This document shows, piece after piece, positions 11,326 through 21,117 of a DNA stretch of 64,000 nt (position 1 is the stretch's first letter; every line of letters begins with the position of its first letter). Both the position numbers and the translations under genes were made by a program. Source of the stretch: a bacterium (GTDB taxonomy: Bacteria; Electryoneota; JAOADG01); assembly GCA_963681965.1 (NCBI GenBank), contig OY820579.1, forward strand, positions 736,001 to 800,000, read 5' to 3'. The notes under the pieces were generated by a model, which saw only the letters and a program-made list of their open reading frames with translations, ran no database searches and had not been told where the DNA came from.

Positions 11326-14271
11326 GTGACTCTTCGCCGGAAAACACTATTGTGGCTAAGCGCCACCTTGATTATCGTTGCAGCAACTCAAGCGGTTTAC
11401 AACTACTACCTCGAGCGCTCCGGGAATTCTAAATTCGAACAAAAAATAATCTCAATCAACACACATCGCGTATCCAACGCGATCCAAGATGAGTTGAACT
11501 TCCTGCATCAACTTCACTACAATTATTCTGCCTGGGACGACGCGTATCGGTTTATCGAAAAACCGGATTCAAATTTCTTAAACTCCGCAATGCCACCATC
11601 GACGATGATTGCGACAAAATTAAGTTACATCGCTTTTCTGAATACTAATCGAGAAATTGTATTGTCATACGGAATAAACTATCACACCGGACAACGACAA
11701 AACTATCGAAAACTATCTGCCGAATACTTCACCAATTATCCTCAACTCACCACTTTCCGCGACGAACACGATGCCAATACCGGTTTGCTGGAAGTCGATG
11801 GAAAACTGTTTATGATGGTTTTCGGTCCAATTGTGAAAAGCGATGGAACAGGTCCGATCCGCGGCACACTAGTATTTGGTCGCGAGATCGATGAAAATTA
11901 CGACGATTCCCTTACTAGAAAAATGCAAATTTCGGTTACTCTTTTTAATCTTTCCGACCGAAAAGCACGTTCGATTTTTTCCGGATCGATTGGGGCGAAT
12001 CTGTCTCAATCCGATATTCACATCGATGCGACCCACCGCGATTCACTCGTCGGTTACCGTGTGTTGAAGGACTTGTTCGGGAATCCGGTCGGATTGTTAA
12101 AATTGCGAACGCCAACCGAGCAGCAGCATCTGAATGGAAAAGGTTTTCTAGTATCGATCACCAACACATTGTTCATTATGACACTGCTGGCATTATTTAT
12201 TTGGTTTTTTTCTCGAACGATTTTGCGTCGAATCGAAATGCTGAATGATGGCGTGAAATTAATCGGTAAAAAAGCAAACCCGCAAATGCGTGTGCGTATC
12301 GATGGAACCGACGAGTTAGGCGAATTGGGACAAAATATCAACGAAATGCTGGAAAACGTTCATCGTGCTCAGGAATATTTACAAGAGACCGAACGGCGGT
12401 TTCGCGGAGCACTCGCGAATATCCGGATGATCGGTGTCATCCTCGATCGTGAAGGTAAGATTATTTATAGCAATCGTTATTTGCAAGAGAGTACCGGCTG
12501 GACTGAAACAGAACTGCTTGGACGCGACTGGTTCGAAACGATTGTACCGGAAGAAACCCGTTCGTCGCGACGATCGGATTATACGACGCGTGTTCAGAAC
12601 GATTCATTTGAAGCGCTATTGGTGCGCGAGATTCAAACGCGACGCGGCGATCGCCGAACGATTGTATTCAACATGTCGGCATTACACGATCGACTGGGGA
12701 GCATTGAAAGCGTATCGCTGATCGGTGAAGATATTACCGACCGACTGATGGCAGAAGCGGAGATTCGTCGACTGGCGATGTTGGTGGAATCGGCGACGGA
12801 AGCCATTGAAATCGCCGATGTCAATGGCGATTACATTTACGTAAATCCTGCTTTCACCAAAATCAGCGGTTATTATCCCGAAGAAGTGCTGGGCGGTAAA
12901 ATGCGCTTGGCGTGGAGTGCTACCGATCAAAACGAAACCAATGAGAAAATTTGGAATACGATCTCATCCGGTGCGGTTTGGAATGGACACCTCAGTGATC
13001 GACGGAAAGAAGGTGGTCCACTCGAATTGGATGCCACGATTGTTCCGTTGCGGAATCCGGTAGGTAAAGTAACGCATTACGGAAAATTTGCACGCGATGT
13101 CACGAAACAAGCCGAATTGCAGCGACAATTGGAACGCGCGCAACGATTCGTTACCGTCGGAGAACTGACTGGAGGAATTGCACACAATTTCAACAACGCA
13201 CTTACAGTGATTATGGGAAACATCGGACTGGCACGGATTGCCGATCGTGACCAAACGATGGCATTCTTGGCTGATGCGGAAAGCGCTTGCATCCGCGCAT
13301 CCGATTTGATCAAGCAGTTGATGATGTTTAGTCGCAGAACGCAAATTGAAAAACGACCGGTTTCAATCGGACAATTATTGGAAGAAGTCGTCAAATTGGT
13401 TCGTTCCACGTTCGATCGCCGAATCGAGATCGAATTGTGCGAAATGCCGGAAATGAAACATATCGGCGGCGACCCCTCGCAGTTGCAACAAGTCTTGTTG
13501 AATATGTGCTTCAACGCCAAAGATGCTCTTCAAGAAGTATCAAGCGACCTGGAACGAGTGTTAAAGATTTCGATTTCCGCATCTGAAATGCAGATATCCG
13601 ACTTATTAATCGATGCCGAGATTCGCAATGGCGATTTTGTCAAAATTACGGTGGAAGATACCGGTTGTGGCATGTCGCAAGAAACGTTGAAACGCGTCTT
13701 CGAACCGTTTTTCACGACTAAGGATGTTGGCAAGGGGACAGGTCTAGGGCTTTCGACGGCATTCGGAATCATCAAACAACACGATGGTTGGATTAACGTT
13801 TCCAGTGCACCGAATGTCGGAACTCGATTCACGATTTTTATACCGGTATTAAAAGAAACACTGGATTCAGCAAAAGCCAGTATTCCGAAACTTGAAATTC
13901 CGCGCGGTACCGAACGATTGCTTTTGGTGGAAGACGAAGAGCTAGTGCGAAAAGTCGGCTGTTCGCTCTTGGAACGAATGGGTTATACCGTGGAAACGGC
14001 TTCGAATGGATTGGAAGCGCTGGAATTATTGGAACCCAATCCTCATCGCTTTGCGTTGATCTTGTTGGATATCTCGATGCCGGTAATGTCCGGCGTCGAA
14101 TTTATGGATCGCGCAATTGTACAATATCCGCATCTGCGCATCGTTGTGTCGAGTGGCGTGCCGCTGGTGAATGTCGATCCGAAGATTGCAACGTTGGTCG
14201 TTGGCACCGTCTCGAAGCCATATCAACCCGTCGAGTTGGCGCAGACGATTCGGCAAATACTCGATCAATAG
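11326..14271 (+). CDS. Hybrid histidine kinase, tandem paralog of the previous gene
   Basis: Same architecture; YSAWDDAY, GGIAHNFNN, FFTTKDVGKGTGLGL. Confidence 0.9.
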   Translation: MTLRRKTLLWLSATLIIVAATQAVYNYYLERSGNSKFEQKIISINTHRVSNAIQDELNFLHQLHYNYSAWDDAYRFIEKPDSNFLNSAMPPSTMIATKLSYIAFLNTNREIVLSYGINYHTGQRQNYRKLSAEYFTNYPQLTTFRDEHDANTGLLEVDGKLFMMVFGPIVKSDGTGPIRGTLVFGREIDENYDDSLTRKMQISVTLFNLSDRKARSIFSGSIGANLSQSDIHIDATHRDSLVGYRVLKDLFGNPVGLLKLRTPTEQQHLNGKGFLVSITNTLFIMTLLALFIWFFSRTILRRIEMLNDGVKLIGKKANPQMRVRIDGTDELGELGQNINEMLENVHRAQEYLQETERRFRGALANIRMIGVILDREGKIIYSNRYLQESTGWTETELLGRDWFETIVPEETRSSRRSDYTTRVQNDSFEALLVREIQTRRGDRRTIVFNMSALHDRLGSIESVSLIGEDITDRLMAEAEIRRLAMLVESATEAIEIADVNGDYIYVNPAFTKISGYYPEEVLGGKMRLAWSATDQNETNEKIWNTISSGAVWNGHLSDRRKEGGPLELDATIVPLRNPVGKVTHYGKFARDVTKQAELQRQLERAQRFVTVGELTGGIAHNFNNALTVIMGNIGLARIADRDQTMAFLADAESACIRASDLIKQLMMFSRRTQIEKRPVSIGQLLEEVVKLVRSTFDRRIEIELCEMPEMKHIGGDPSQLQQVLLNMCFNAKDALQEVSSDLERVLKISISASEMQISDLLIDAEIRNGDFVKITVEDTGCGMSQETLKRVFEPFFTTKDVGKGTGLGLSTAFGIIKQHDGWINVSSAPNVGTRFTIFIPVLKETLDSAKASIPKLEIPRGTERLLLVEDEELVRKVGCSLLERMGYTVETASNGLEALELLEPNPHRFALILLDISMPVMSGVEFMDRAIVQYPHLRIVVSSGVPLVNVDPKIATLVVGTVSKPYQPVELAQTIRQILDQ

Positions 14272-14449
14272 TGCGCGAAGAATAATTCTTCAGGCGAGAT
14301 TTTTCTTTAACTCAATGCGTGTAAACGAGCGCTTTGATATTGATGTTCACCGCTCTTCTCGAATCACAATCTAACAACGACGAAATTTGTCTTGTGAAAT
14401 ATTGTTGATGGTATTAAATTGCTGTGTAACAAGACAGCCTGAGGACAAC

Positions 14450-16042
14450 GTGCAATCCAATCGGACGAATCGATATTACTCTATTCTGGGAATTGAAAAA
14501 GGTGCGTCGAAGTCCGAGGTTCGAGAAGCCTATCTGAAGCGCACCAAAGTCGTTCACCCCGATCGTTTCGATCAAACAACACAACCCGATGAGTGGCGCC
14601 AAGCCAACGATATGCTGTCGGAACTAAATGTCGCCTACCAAACAATCTTAGCCGAATTAGAAACCGATCCTACCAATCCCAACCGATGGAACATAAAATT
14701 CGACGGCAGCGACGAGCCATCGGAAGAAACAAATAATCGCCAATCCAATCATCGCCCATCTCCAACTATTCCATCGGGTATTATCAAGGTCGGCGATCTT
14801 CCCGATTCGGTTTTGAATCAACTACGGAATCGGCAAAAAGGTTTGATCGAAAATCAACTCGCGATCAAATCGAAACGACATCGCGGATATGTACTGAAAA
14901 CCGTTTTAATCGTGTTCTGGACACTAGCACTTGGCTGGGCAACCGATCGTTTTGAGTGGACATCGATATTTCAAATACCATTTCTCATCTGTTCCGTTAT
15001 AATCGGTATGATCTCGGTATATAACGGTATGAAGTTGTGGTTTTGGTTTCACCAAAAACTTAAACCGGGTATTATTGTTACCCCACTTCATTTGGTGGTT
15101 ATCGATGAAGCGGGCTTGATACGCTATAAGTCGCTTGAATTGTTCAACAATATCACGACCAAAAAATATAAATCGTTCAGTGTCAATAGCGGATTGGTTG
15201 CGGCAATCGATTTTGTGAATGAGACTATTTTACTGAATTTGAATTCACGAAAACAGGCGCACAAATTACTGGAAGTGTTGACAATTTTCGCGGCGAATTT
15301 GCGCGATGCAAAATCGCCGGAATTGCACGATTACATAACTTCGAATAACGATTTTGTAAAAGTATCCGGTTTTGCACGATTCGATGAAAATGCGCGTCGG
15401 CATGGGCAACCCTCGGTGGCAATGAGTATTTTGATTGGCGCGATACTCGGTGGCTCGATTTTCGCGACCTGTCTTCATTTAAACAGTATTTATCGACCAA
15501 TCGATGTCTCCGGAACCGGTGATCAAGATTCGGTTGTGTATGTTAAACGCAGCCCTTTAATTCCTCCCAAACCGATTCAACCCGAGAAGACACCCCAACC
15601 GGTTATCCCTAAAAGTCACCCGGACGCAAATTACGCCGCACCCACGACCGGCTATCTGGAGCACAATGGCGCGACCGGAAAGATTCCGTTTAAGTTCCAT
15701 GCGGATGGTGGCGGCATTGACTTTTACATTCGAATCGAAGATGATGCGACTTCAAGTCTCGTTTACAGCCTGTTTGTGCGATCTGGCGAAACATTGCGGG
15801 TCTTATTGCCCGATGGTATGTATCGGCTGAAATATGCTGCAGGCGCGGACTGGTCAAGCGCTTCACAATCGTTTCGTACAGGTGAAATCCAAATGAACGA
15901 TCCCACTCGCTACGCAATGAAAATTCTACCGGGTAGTCCCGCATTCGGAAAGAGTATCGAGATAAAAATTGTCAGCGACCCCAAAAGTAACTCGCGACGA
16001 ATTGCAATTACCGCCTTCGATTTGGTCACAAACGGTCAATAG
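14450..16042 (+). CDS. J-domain (DnaJ-like) membrane protein
   Basis: YYSILG...VHPDRF J-domain with HPD; three TM segments; GTG at 14450 preceded by GAGGA. Confidence 0.75.
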   Translation: MQSNRTNRYYSILGIEKGASKSEVREAYLKRTKVVHPDRFDQTTQPDEWRQANDMLSELNVAYQTILAELETDPTNPNRWNIKFDGSDEPSEETNNRQSNHRPSPTIPSGIIKVGDLPDSVLNQLRNRQKGLIENQLAIKSKRHRGYVLKTVLIVFWTLALGWATDRFEWTSIFQIPFLICSVIIGMISVYNGMKLWFWFHQKLKPGIIVTPLHLVVIDEAGLIRYKSLELFNNITTKKYKSFSVNSGLVAAIDFVNETILLNLNSRKQAHKLLEVLTIFAANLRDAKSPELHDYITSNNDFVKVSGFARFDENARRHGQPSVAMSILIGAILGGSIFATCLHLNSIYRPIDVSGTGDQDSVVYVKRSPLIPPKPIQPEKTPQPVIPKSHPDANYAAPTTGYLEHNGATGKIPFKFHADGGGIDFYIRIEDDATSSLVYSLFVRSGETLRVLLPDGMYRLKYAAGADWSSASQSFRTGEIQMNDPTRYAMKILPGSPAFGKSIEIKIVSDPKSNSRRIAITAFDLVTNGQ

Positions 16043-16556
16043 CGCCACTTTCACACCTATTAATCCGTGACGCCCAAAGGGTGCTTAGACGCCGACCGGG
16101 TCGCATTTTTCTCTCCGCCATTTCTTTGCGCAAGGTTTTATTCAGTATGTCGTCTAATAAGTAACGTGCAGCCCTTCGGTCTTGCAGCGGTCATGGTAAC
16201 AAGATCGGAGCAATCATTCGCACGTTGATCAGTATGCGGGTTTGGTAATATGTCCGAAGAGTTTTTTTTCCTCGCCCGGGAGGCTCTTTGGTGCATTGCC
16301 CAAATCCGCATTTTGACTGTCGGAGTGGATATAACCAGATAAATCCACAACCTGTCGGTAAAAAAATCACCGATAGCATCTAGTCCTGTCGCACTGGGGA
16401 ATAGTTGGTGTTGGGAGAACGGTCTCATAATCTTTCACAATGTGTTCGTGAAGGAAGATATTAATGATTGAAAACGACGAGTGACTTCTAAATGAGAACC
16501 AGTACGAAAGAAATTTCAAAAATAGGGTACATTAAAAAGCGACGAAAGAGGGAATA

Positions 16557-17348
16557 TTAAACTGTAGAGTGTTTTTTGTATTCATTCAAATCGGCATCGG
16601 AAATTTGATCGGCAGGAACAAGTTTATAATGTTTTTCCGAAACGACTTTAACGATTTCGTTTTCAAGCGTTAATTCAAACATAGCAATTAGCTCATTTGA
16701 CATAAATTGAGCGGATACGGGACGATAAGTTAATTTCCCGTATTTTTCAAGACAGAAACCGATATCTTGTTTTGTTTGAATAACGGAAAGTTGATCTTTT
16801 CCACCTTTGGCTTGGACAGGTATGATAAAGTGATTTCCGCTTTTATCGATTCCAATATATAATTCGTCGATTTCGATTTGACCGATTCCTTTTACGGTCG
16901 TACGAAGATGATTTTGTAGAGAATAAGTCGTTATACCTAAAAAAATATCGATCAACCTGTTATATCGAACTTTTGCCAAGAGCGCCTGCTCATCCTCTTT
17001 AGCATAACATACAATTAGTTCCGGAGTCGCGTTTGGAATTTTAATAGTGACTAAATTCGGATTAGGTACGATTCTATTTATACTAACAAGCGAGAATCTG
17101 TACTTGGACCTTCCCGATGACTCAATAATCCACTCTCTTCCCTTCGATGCTTTCTTCCGAATATACTCGGGTAGTTGATTTCGATATCGAAAACTATAGA
17201 TTAAATCTCCGATGTTTTTTGGTAAATTGATTTTTAGTCTTTTTGAGACGGCTTCGATTTCTTCGCGTTCAAACTCGAAATCAGTCAAACCTTTTTGGTA
17301 ATGCGATTTGAAAATTTCTTCGATGATCATTTCATATATATTTAGCAT
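16557..17348 (-). CDS. Putative Type II restriction endonuclease
   Basis: 5 bp downstream of an m5C MTase; PD-(D/E)xK-like EIDE...VQAK segment. Confidence 0.7.
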   Translation of the reverse strand: MLNIYEMIIEEIFKSHYQKGLTDFEFEREEIEAVSKRLKINLPKNIGDLIYSFRYRNQLPEYIRKKASKGREWIIESSGRSKYRFSLVSINRIVPNPNLVTIKIPNATPELIVCYAKEDEQALLAKVRYNRLIDIFLGITTYSLQNHLRTTVKGIGQIEIDELYIGIDKSGNHFIIPVQAKGGKDQLSVIQTKQDIGFCLEKYGKLTYRPVSAQFMSNELIAMFELTLENEIVKVVSEKHYKLVPADQISDADLNEYKKHSTV

Positions 17349-17353
17349 TGAGT

Positions 17354-18643
17354 CTATCCTTTTGTCTCACGCGTTCGTTTGGCAATTACATCTGTGGAAA
17401 CGCCAAAATATTTAGCCGCCGAACTCATCGTTGATTTAAGAAAATGCTCTTCAGCAAGGTCTAAAACAATAGTCGGCTGTTTCGGCTTTCGACCAAGAGC
17501 ATTTATAATAGATCGTGCAACTGCCCTTCCAAGAAGCGGAGGAACCGAGTTGCCAATTTGCCTGAATCCGTGCCATTTGGTTACATGAAATCGAAACCAA
17601 TCTGGATAAGAGTGTAATCTTGCAGCCTCTCGAACGGTTATTACTCGAGGTAGATAGGGATGAATCGGGCGAGGAGAAGTATATGCCCCATGATCGCTTC
17701 CCGTGCCGGCACGAAGCGTATTGCTTACTCCGTTTGGGTCAAGTTTTAAAAAACGACTAATGGGTTCGGTTTTACCGAAAGGAGTTGCACTGAATCGCTC
17801 TTGAGAGATCGTAGTATGTACAGTTCTCATGCTGGATGTCAATATAGAATTATTGAAATGCCTAAGATAACCAAAATTATCACTCTCTTTCAACAACCCA
17901 CGAAGTTTTTTCGAATAAATTGAATTTGAATTGAAATTGCATTCTACATAATCGCGATCTATTAACTCCGGATACATATCGGCGTCGGGAAGATCGCCGA
18001 TTGCCTCCCAAACAGTCGCTTTTCCACCTTGAAGTGGGTAAGATGGTAATTGACAGCCTTTCTTTGCTCCCATCAAAAACAATCTTTTTCGATCTTGAGG
18101 AACACCGTAATCTTTTGCATTTAAAACACGATAGTCTTTCACAACATTGTAACCAAGATCAGCCAAAGATTCGATTACTTCTTCCAGAAAACGTCTATGA
18201 GTACCCAAAGTCAACCCACGAACATTTTCGAATACAAAGTATTTCGGCGACAACTCGCCAATCAATCTCACAAAATGATAAACAAGTTGATTTCTGGGAT
18301 CATCGAGAGCTCGCTTTCCGATCATTGAAAACCCTTGACAAGGAGCACCACCGAAAACGACATCAATTTCGCGCTTTTCTATACCCGCTAGCTTGCGAAC
18401 TTCAGAGCCGTCGATTAATCGAACGTCGCGACAAATTGTGGTAGTCGTTGGAAAATTGAAATGATGAATTGCGCAATGAATCGGGTCGATTTCAACGGCA
18501 GCACAAACGTCGAAGCCTGCCTGTTCGAATCCAAGCGATAACCCTCCGGCTCCGGCAAAAAGGTCTATGCCAATTGGGCGGTCGAATCGATCCAATGTGA
18601 TCGCTGAATTATTCGCAGAGAAAATCGATAATTCTTCTTTCAA
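17354..18643 (-). CDS. DNA (cytosine-5) methyltransferase, probably CGATCG-specific
   Basis: DLFAGAGG, GAPCQGFS, FENV, QDRKR, RQIGNSVPP; resembles M.Ssp6803I/M.XorII type from memory. Confidence 0.93.
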   Translation of the reverse strand: MKEELSIFSANNSAITLDRFDRPIGIDLFAGAGGLSLGFEQAGFDVCAAVEIDPIHCAIHHFNFPTTTTICRDVRLIDGSEVRKLAGIEKREIDVVFGGAPCQGFSMIGKRALDDPRNQLVYHFVRLIGELSPKYFVFENVRGLTLGTHRRFLEEVIESLADLGYNVVKDYRVLNAKDYGVPQDRKRLFLMGAKKGCQLPSYPLQGGKATVWEAIGDLPDADMYPELIDRDYVECNFNSNSIYSKKLRGLLKESDNFGYLRHFNNSILTSSMRTVHTTISQERFSATPFGKTEPISRFLKLDPNGVSNTLRAGTGSDHGAYTSPRPIHPYLPRVITVREAARLHSYPDWFRFHVTKWHGFRQIGNSVPPLLGRAVARSIINALGRKPKQPTIVLDLAEEHFLKSTMSSAAKYFGVSTDVIAKRTRETKG

Positions 18644-19016
18644 GTTTATCCCTTTTCTTCAATTCACATTGCCACACCGTAAGGATTTTCCATCCCAAAC
18701 TACGCAATTCAATTCGATTGGATTTGTCGCGTCGGATATTTTTTTCGAATTTTTCTAACCAGAATATTTTGTTCGATTTTGGAGTTGTTGAATACTTACA
18801 GCCCTTGTGGCGATGCCAGAAACAGCCGTTGATGAAGATTATTTTTCGTTTTGAAACAAAAACCAAATCGGGTTTTCCGGGAAGATCGACACGATGGAGG
18901 CGGTATCGAAAACCAAGAGAAAAGATCATTCCCCGAACGGCAAGTTCCGTTGTTGTGTCCTTTGATCGAACATTGGACATAAGTGCGCTTCTTTGCAATT
19001 TTGTCAAAGCGTCCAT
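18609..19016 (-). CDS. vsr: Very short patch repair endonuclease Vsr
   Basis: RSALMSNVRSKDT, LPGKPD, GCFWHRH, LTVWQC. Confidence 0.95.
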   Translation of the reverse strand: MDALTKLQRSALMSNVRSKDTTTELAVRGMIFSLGFRYRLHRVDLPGKPDLVFVSKRKIIFINGCFWHRHKGCKYSTTPKSNKIFWLEKFEKNIRRDKSNRIELRSLGWKILTVWQCELKKRDKLERRIIDFLCE

Positions 19017-19171
19017 TTAAAAGTACTCGGTTTTGATATTTATGTATTTCGAATTTTACTAAAATACCGATCAAAACCCTCGACAGCAAGACTAAAGAGT
19101 GTTGACTAAAATTGAGAGATAACTTTGAGCCATCAAACCAACTCGACACGCTAAGTCTAATATTTCAAATA

Positions 19172-19393
19172 TCCTCCACGGAATTTGGTTATTCGATTGC
19201 GAAAACCAGCAAAGTCGAATTGCGGCTGTACGATGTTACCGGACGGGAATTGGCGAAACTGGTGGATTTCAATCAAAATCCGGGTGAATACTCTTACCAT
19301 CTTGATGGCAAATCACTCGCCAGCGGCACCTACTTCGTTCGACTGTCCGCAGGCAATTTCTTACAAACTCAGAAGATGGTGTTGTTGAAATAG
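19172..19393 (+). pseudogene. Orphan C-terminal sorting-domain fragment of a secreted protein
   Basis: STEFGYSI...YDVTGRELA...SGTYFVRL...QKMVLLK* with no signal peptide, body or YPNPFN motif. Confidence 0.7.
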
Positions 19394-19658
19394 TGGGTGT
19401 TTTCAATTAAAACCGGATCGGATGGATAATTTGAGAAAAATTTTGTAGATCGTCGCATTTATGGTTGCATCTGTGAAAAAGCATGTATATGTTATTAATA
19501 AGATCCGAATATATCAGAGAAGTTGCTCTGGAAAACGGATGTGAAATCGGTTAATCCGGTTCTTTGGTCTGGTCGTTCTTTGAATCTGTTTGTCTTAACG
19601 TGATTTGAGTAACAGTTATCTACCCCAGCGCGCACTGAAACATTGATTGGAGGAAGCT

Positions 19659-20924
19659 ATGTACTGCAAATTCCGTGTGTACTTCGTTTTCACCCTCATT
19701 TTTGTCGCCACAATTAGTTCTGCCCAAGACAGTTCCGGAATGCATATGATTGCCAGGATTTCTTCAACGGGCTTACCGACGGATGTCTATACCAATAGTG
19801 AAATCGGATATTTGTGCGCGCGGCAATCGACCTTGAAGATCATGAATCTATCCAATCCCTACAACCCTCAATTGATTTCGAACTTTCCATTGGGTACGAG
19901 CTGGGCCAATCACTGCGATGTCGGCGAGACCACCTGTATGGTTGCAAACGGTAATGACGGAATTCGCGCAATCGATATGAGTGAATTTACCCGACCAACT
20001 CAAACGACACTGTTTAGCCTGAATGCGTTTGTTTCCGATGTTGCTTGTATCTTGCCGTGTGTGTTTGCCGCGACTTATCAACGTGGAATCGTCATTGTCA
20101 GCTATGAACACCCGAACAACCCGACCGAAATTGGACGGCTGGCAATCAACGGTGAAGCTTTTAGCGCCCGGTGGCGCGATGGATTGTTGTATGTTGCCTG
20201 CGGTGATGGCGGACTGACGATTGCCGATGTCAACAATCCAGCGGCACCCACACAGTTAAGCCGGTTGCAGACTCCCGGACACGCATATGTTTTGGCGCTG
20301 TACGACAATTACTGTTATATCGCAAACGGCAGCTCAGGGGTTCAGATCATCAATGTCACTAATCCCGTCGCTCCAAGAATCGTAGGAGTGGTTCCTAATC
20401 GCGGCTTGGCAAATCATATCGTAGTATTCGAACAACATCTTTACGTGACCTATTATGGTGGCGGTGTAGCAGTGTATGACCTTTCCGATCCACTTCACCC
20501 CCATATTACCGGGTGGTACAATTACGGTGGATCTACGGTAACGATTACGGCGTGGCGTAACTTTGCACTATCGTCGAATACGAGCGGTTATTACGATATC
20601 TTCAATTGCAGTGACGCGATTGTACCAGTCGAAGAAAAAAAGAATATCGCCCTGCCCCAAGACGCGAGTTTAAATTTTTATCCGAATCCCTTTAACTCCT
20701 CGACGACTGTCCGGTTCGACTTACCGCACCGCGAGCAGGTTTCAGTCTTTGTCACCGATGCGCTAGGGCGGCGGGTAACAACCCTCTGTAATGAAGTATT
20801 GCAACCGGGGTCGCACCAATTGCATTTGAGCGGCAATCAATCGCTCAGCGCAAGCGGTGAGTATTACATCACAATGAAAGCCAAAGATTATTCGATTTCG
20901 AAGAAAGCGGTCTACGTAAAATAG
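19659..20924 (+). CDS. Secreted LVIVD-repeat protein with T9SS-like C-terminal domain
   Basis: Repeated Y.A.G..G..I.DV..P..P units; FYPNPFNS tail. Confidence 0.8.
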   Translation: MYCKFRVYFVFTLIFVATISSAQDSSGMHMIARISSTGLPTDVYTNSEIGYLCARQSTLKIMNLSNPYNPQLISNFPLGTSWANHCDVGETTCMVANGNDGIRAIDMSEFTRPTQTTLFSLNAFVSDVACILPCVFAATYQRGIVIVSYEHPNNPTEIGRLAINGEAFSARWRDGLLYVACGDGGLTIADVNNPAAPTQLSRLQTPGHAYVLALYDNYCYIANGSSGVQIINVTNPVAPRIVGVVPNRGLANHIVVFEQHLYVTYYGGGVAVYDLSDPLHPHITGWYNYGGSTVTITAWRNFALSSNTSGYYDIFNCSDAIVPVEEKKNIALPQDASLNFYPNPFNSSTTVRFDLPHREQVSVFVTDALGRRVTTLCNEVLQPGSHQLHLSGNQSLSASGEYYITMKAKDYSISKKAVYVK

Positions 20925-21117
20925 CGAAGAAGATAGGTATTGCCGATTTCGATCGCCACTGTACAAAATCGGAGATTTCGGATGACTAGCTTCTGGACAC
21001 TTTTTTCGAATTTCAAGGTTTTATTGTTGATTAAACCTCTTATCGCATGTAAATTGTCTAAGAACACAATGAACTGTTTTTAACAATCACTTTCAATACA
21101 TTTCGGCGGAGTAACCG

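Noticed and set aside
16138-16428. 96-aa ORF left of the endonuclease
   Set aside because: No motif or clear RBS; cannot be supported as a gene.
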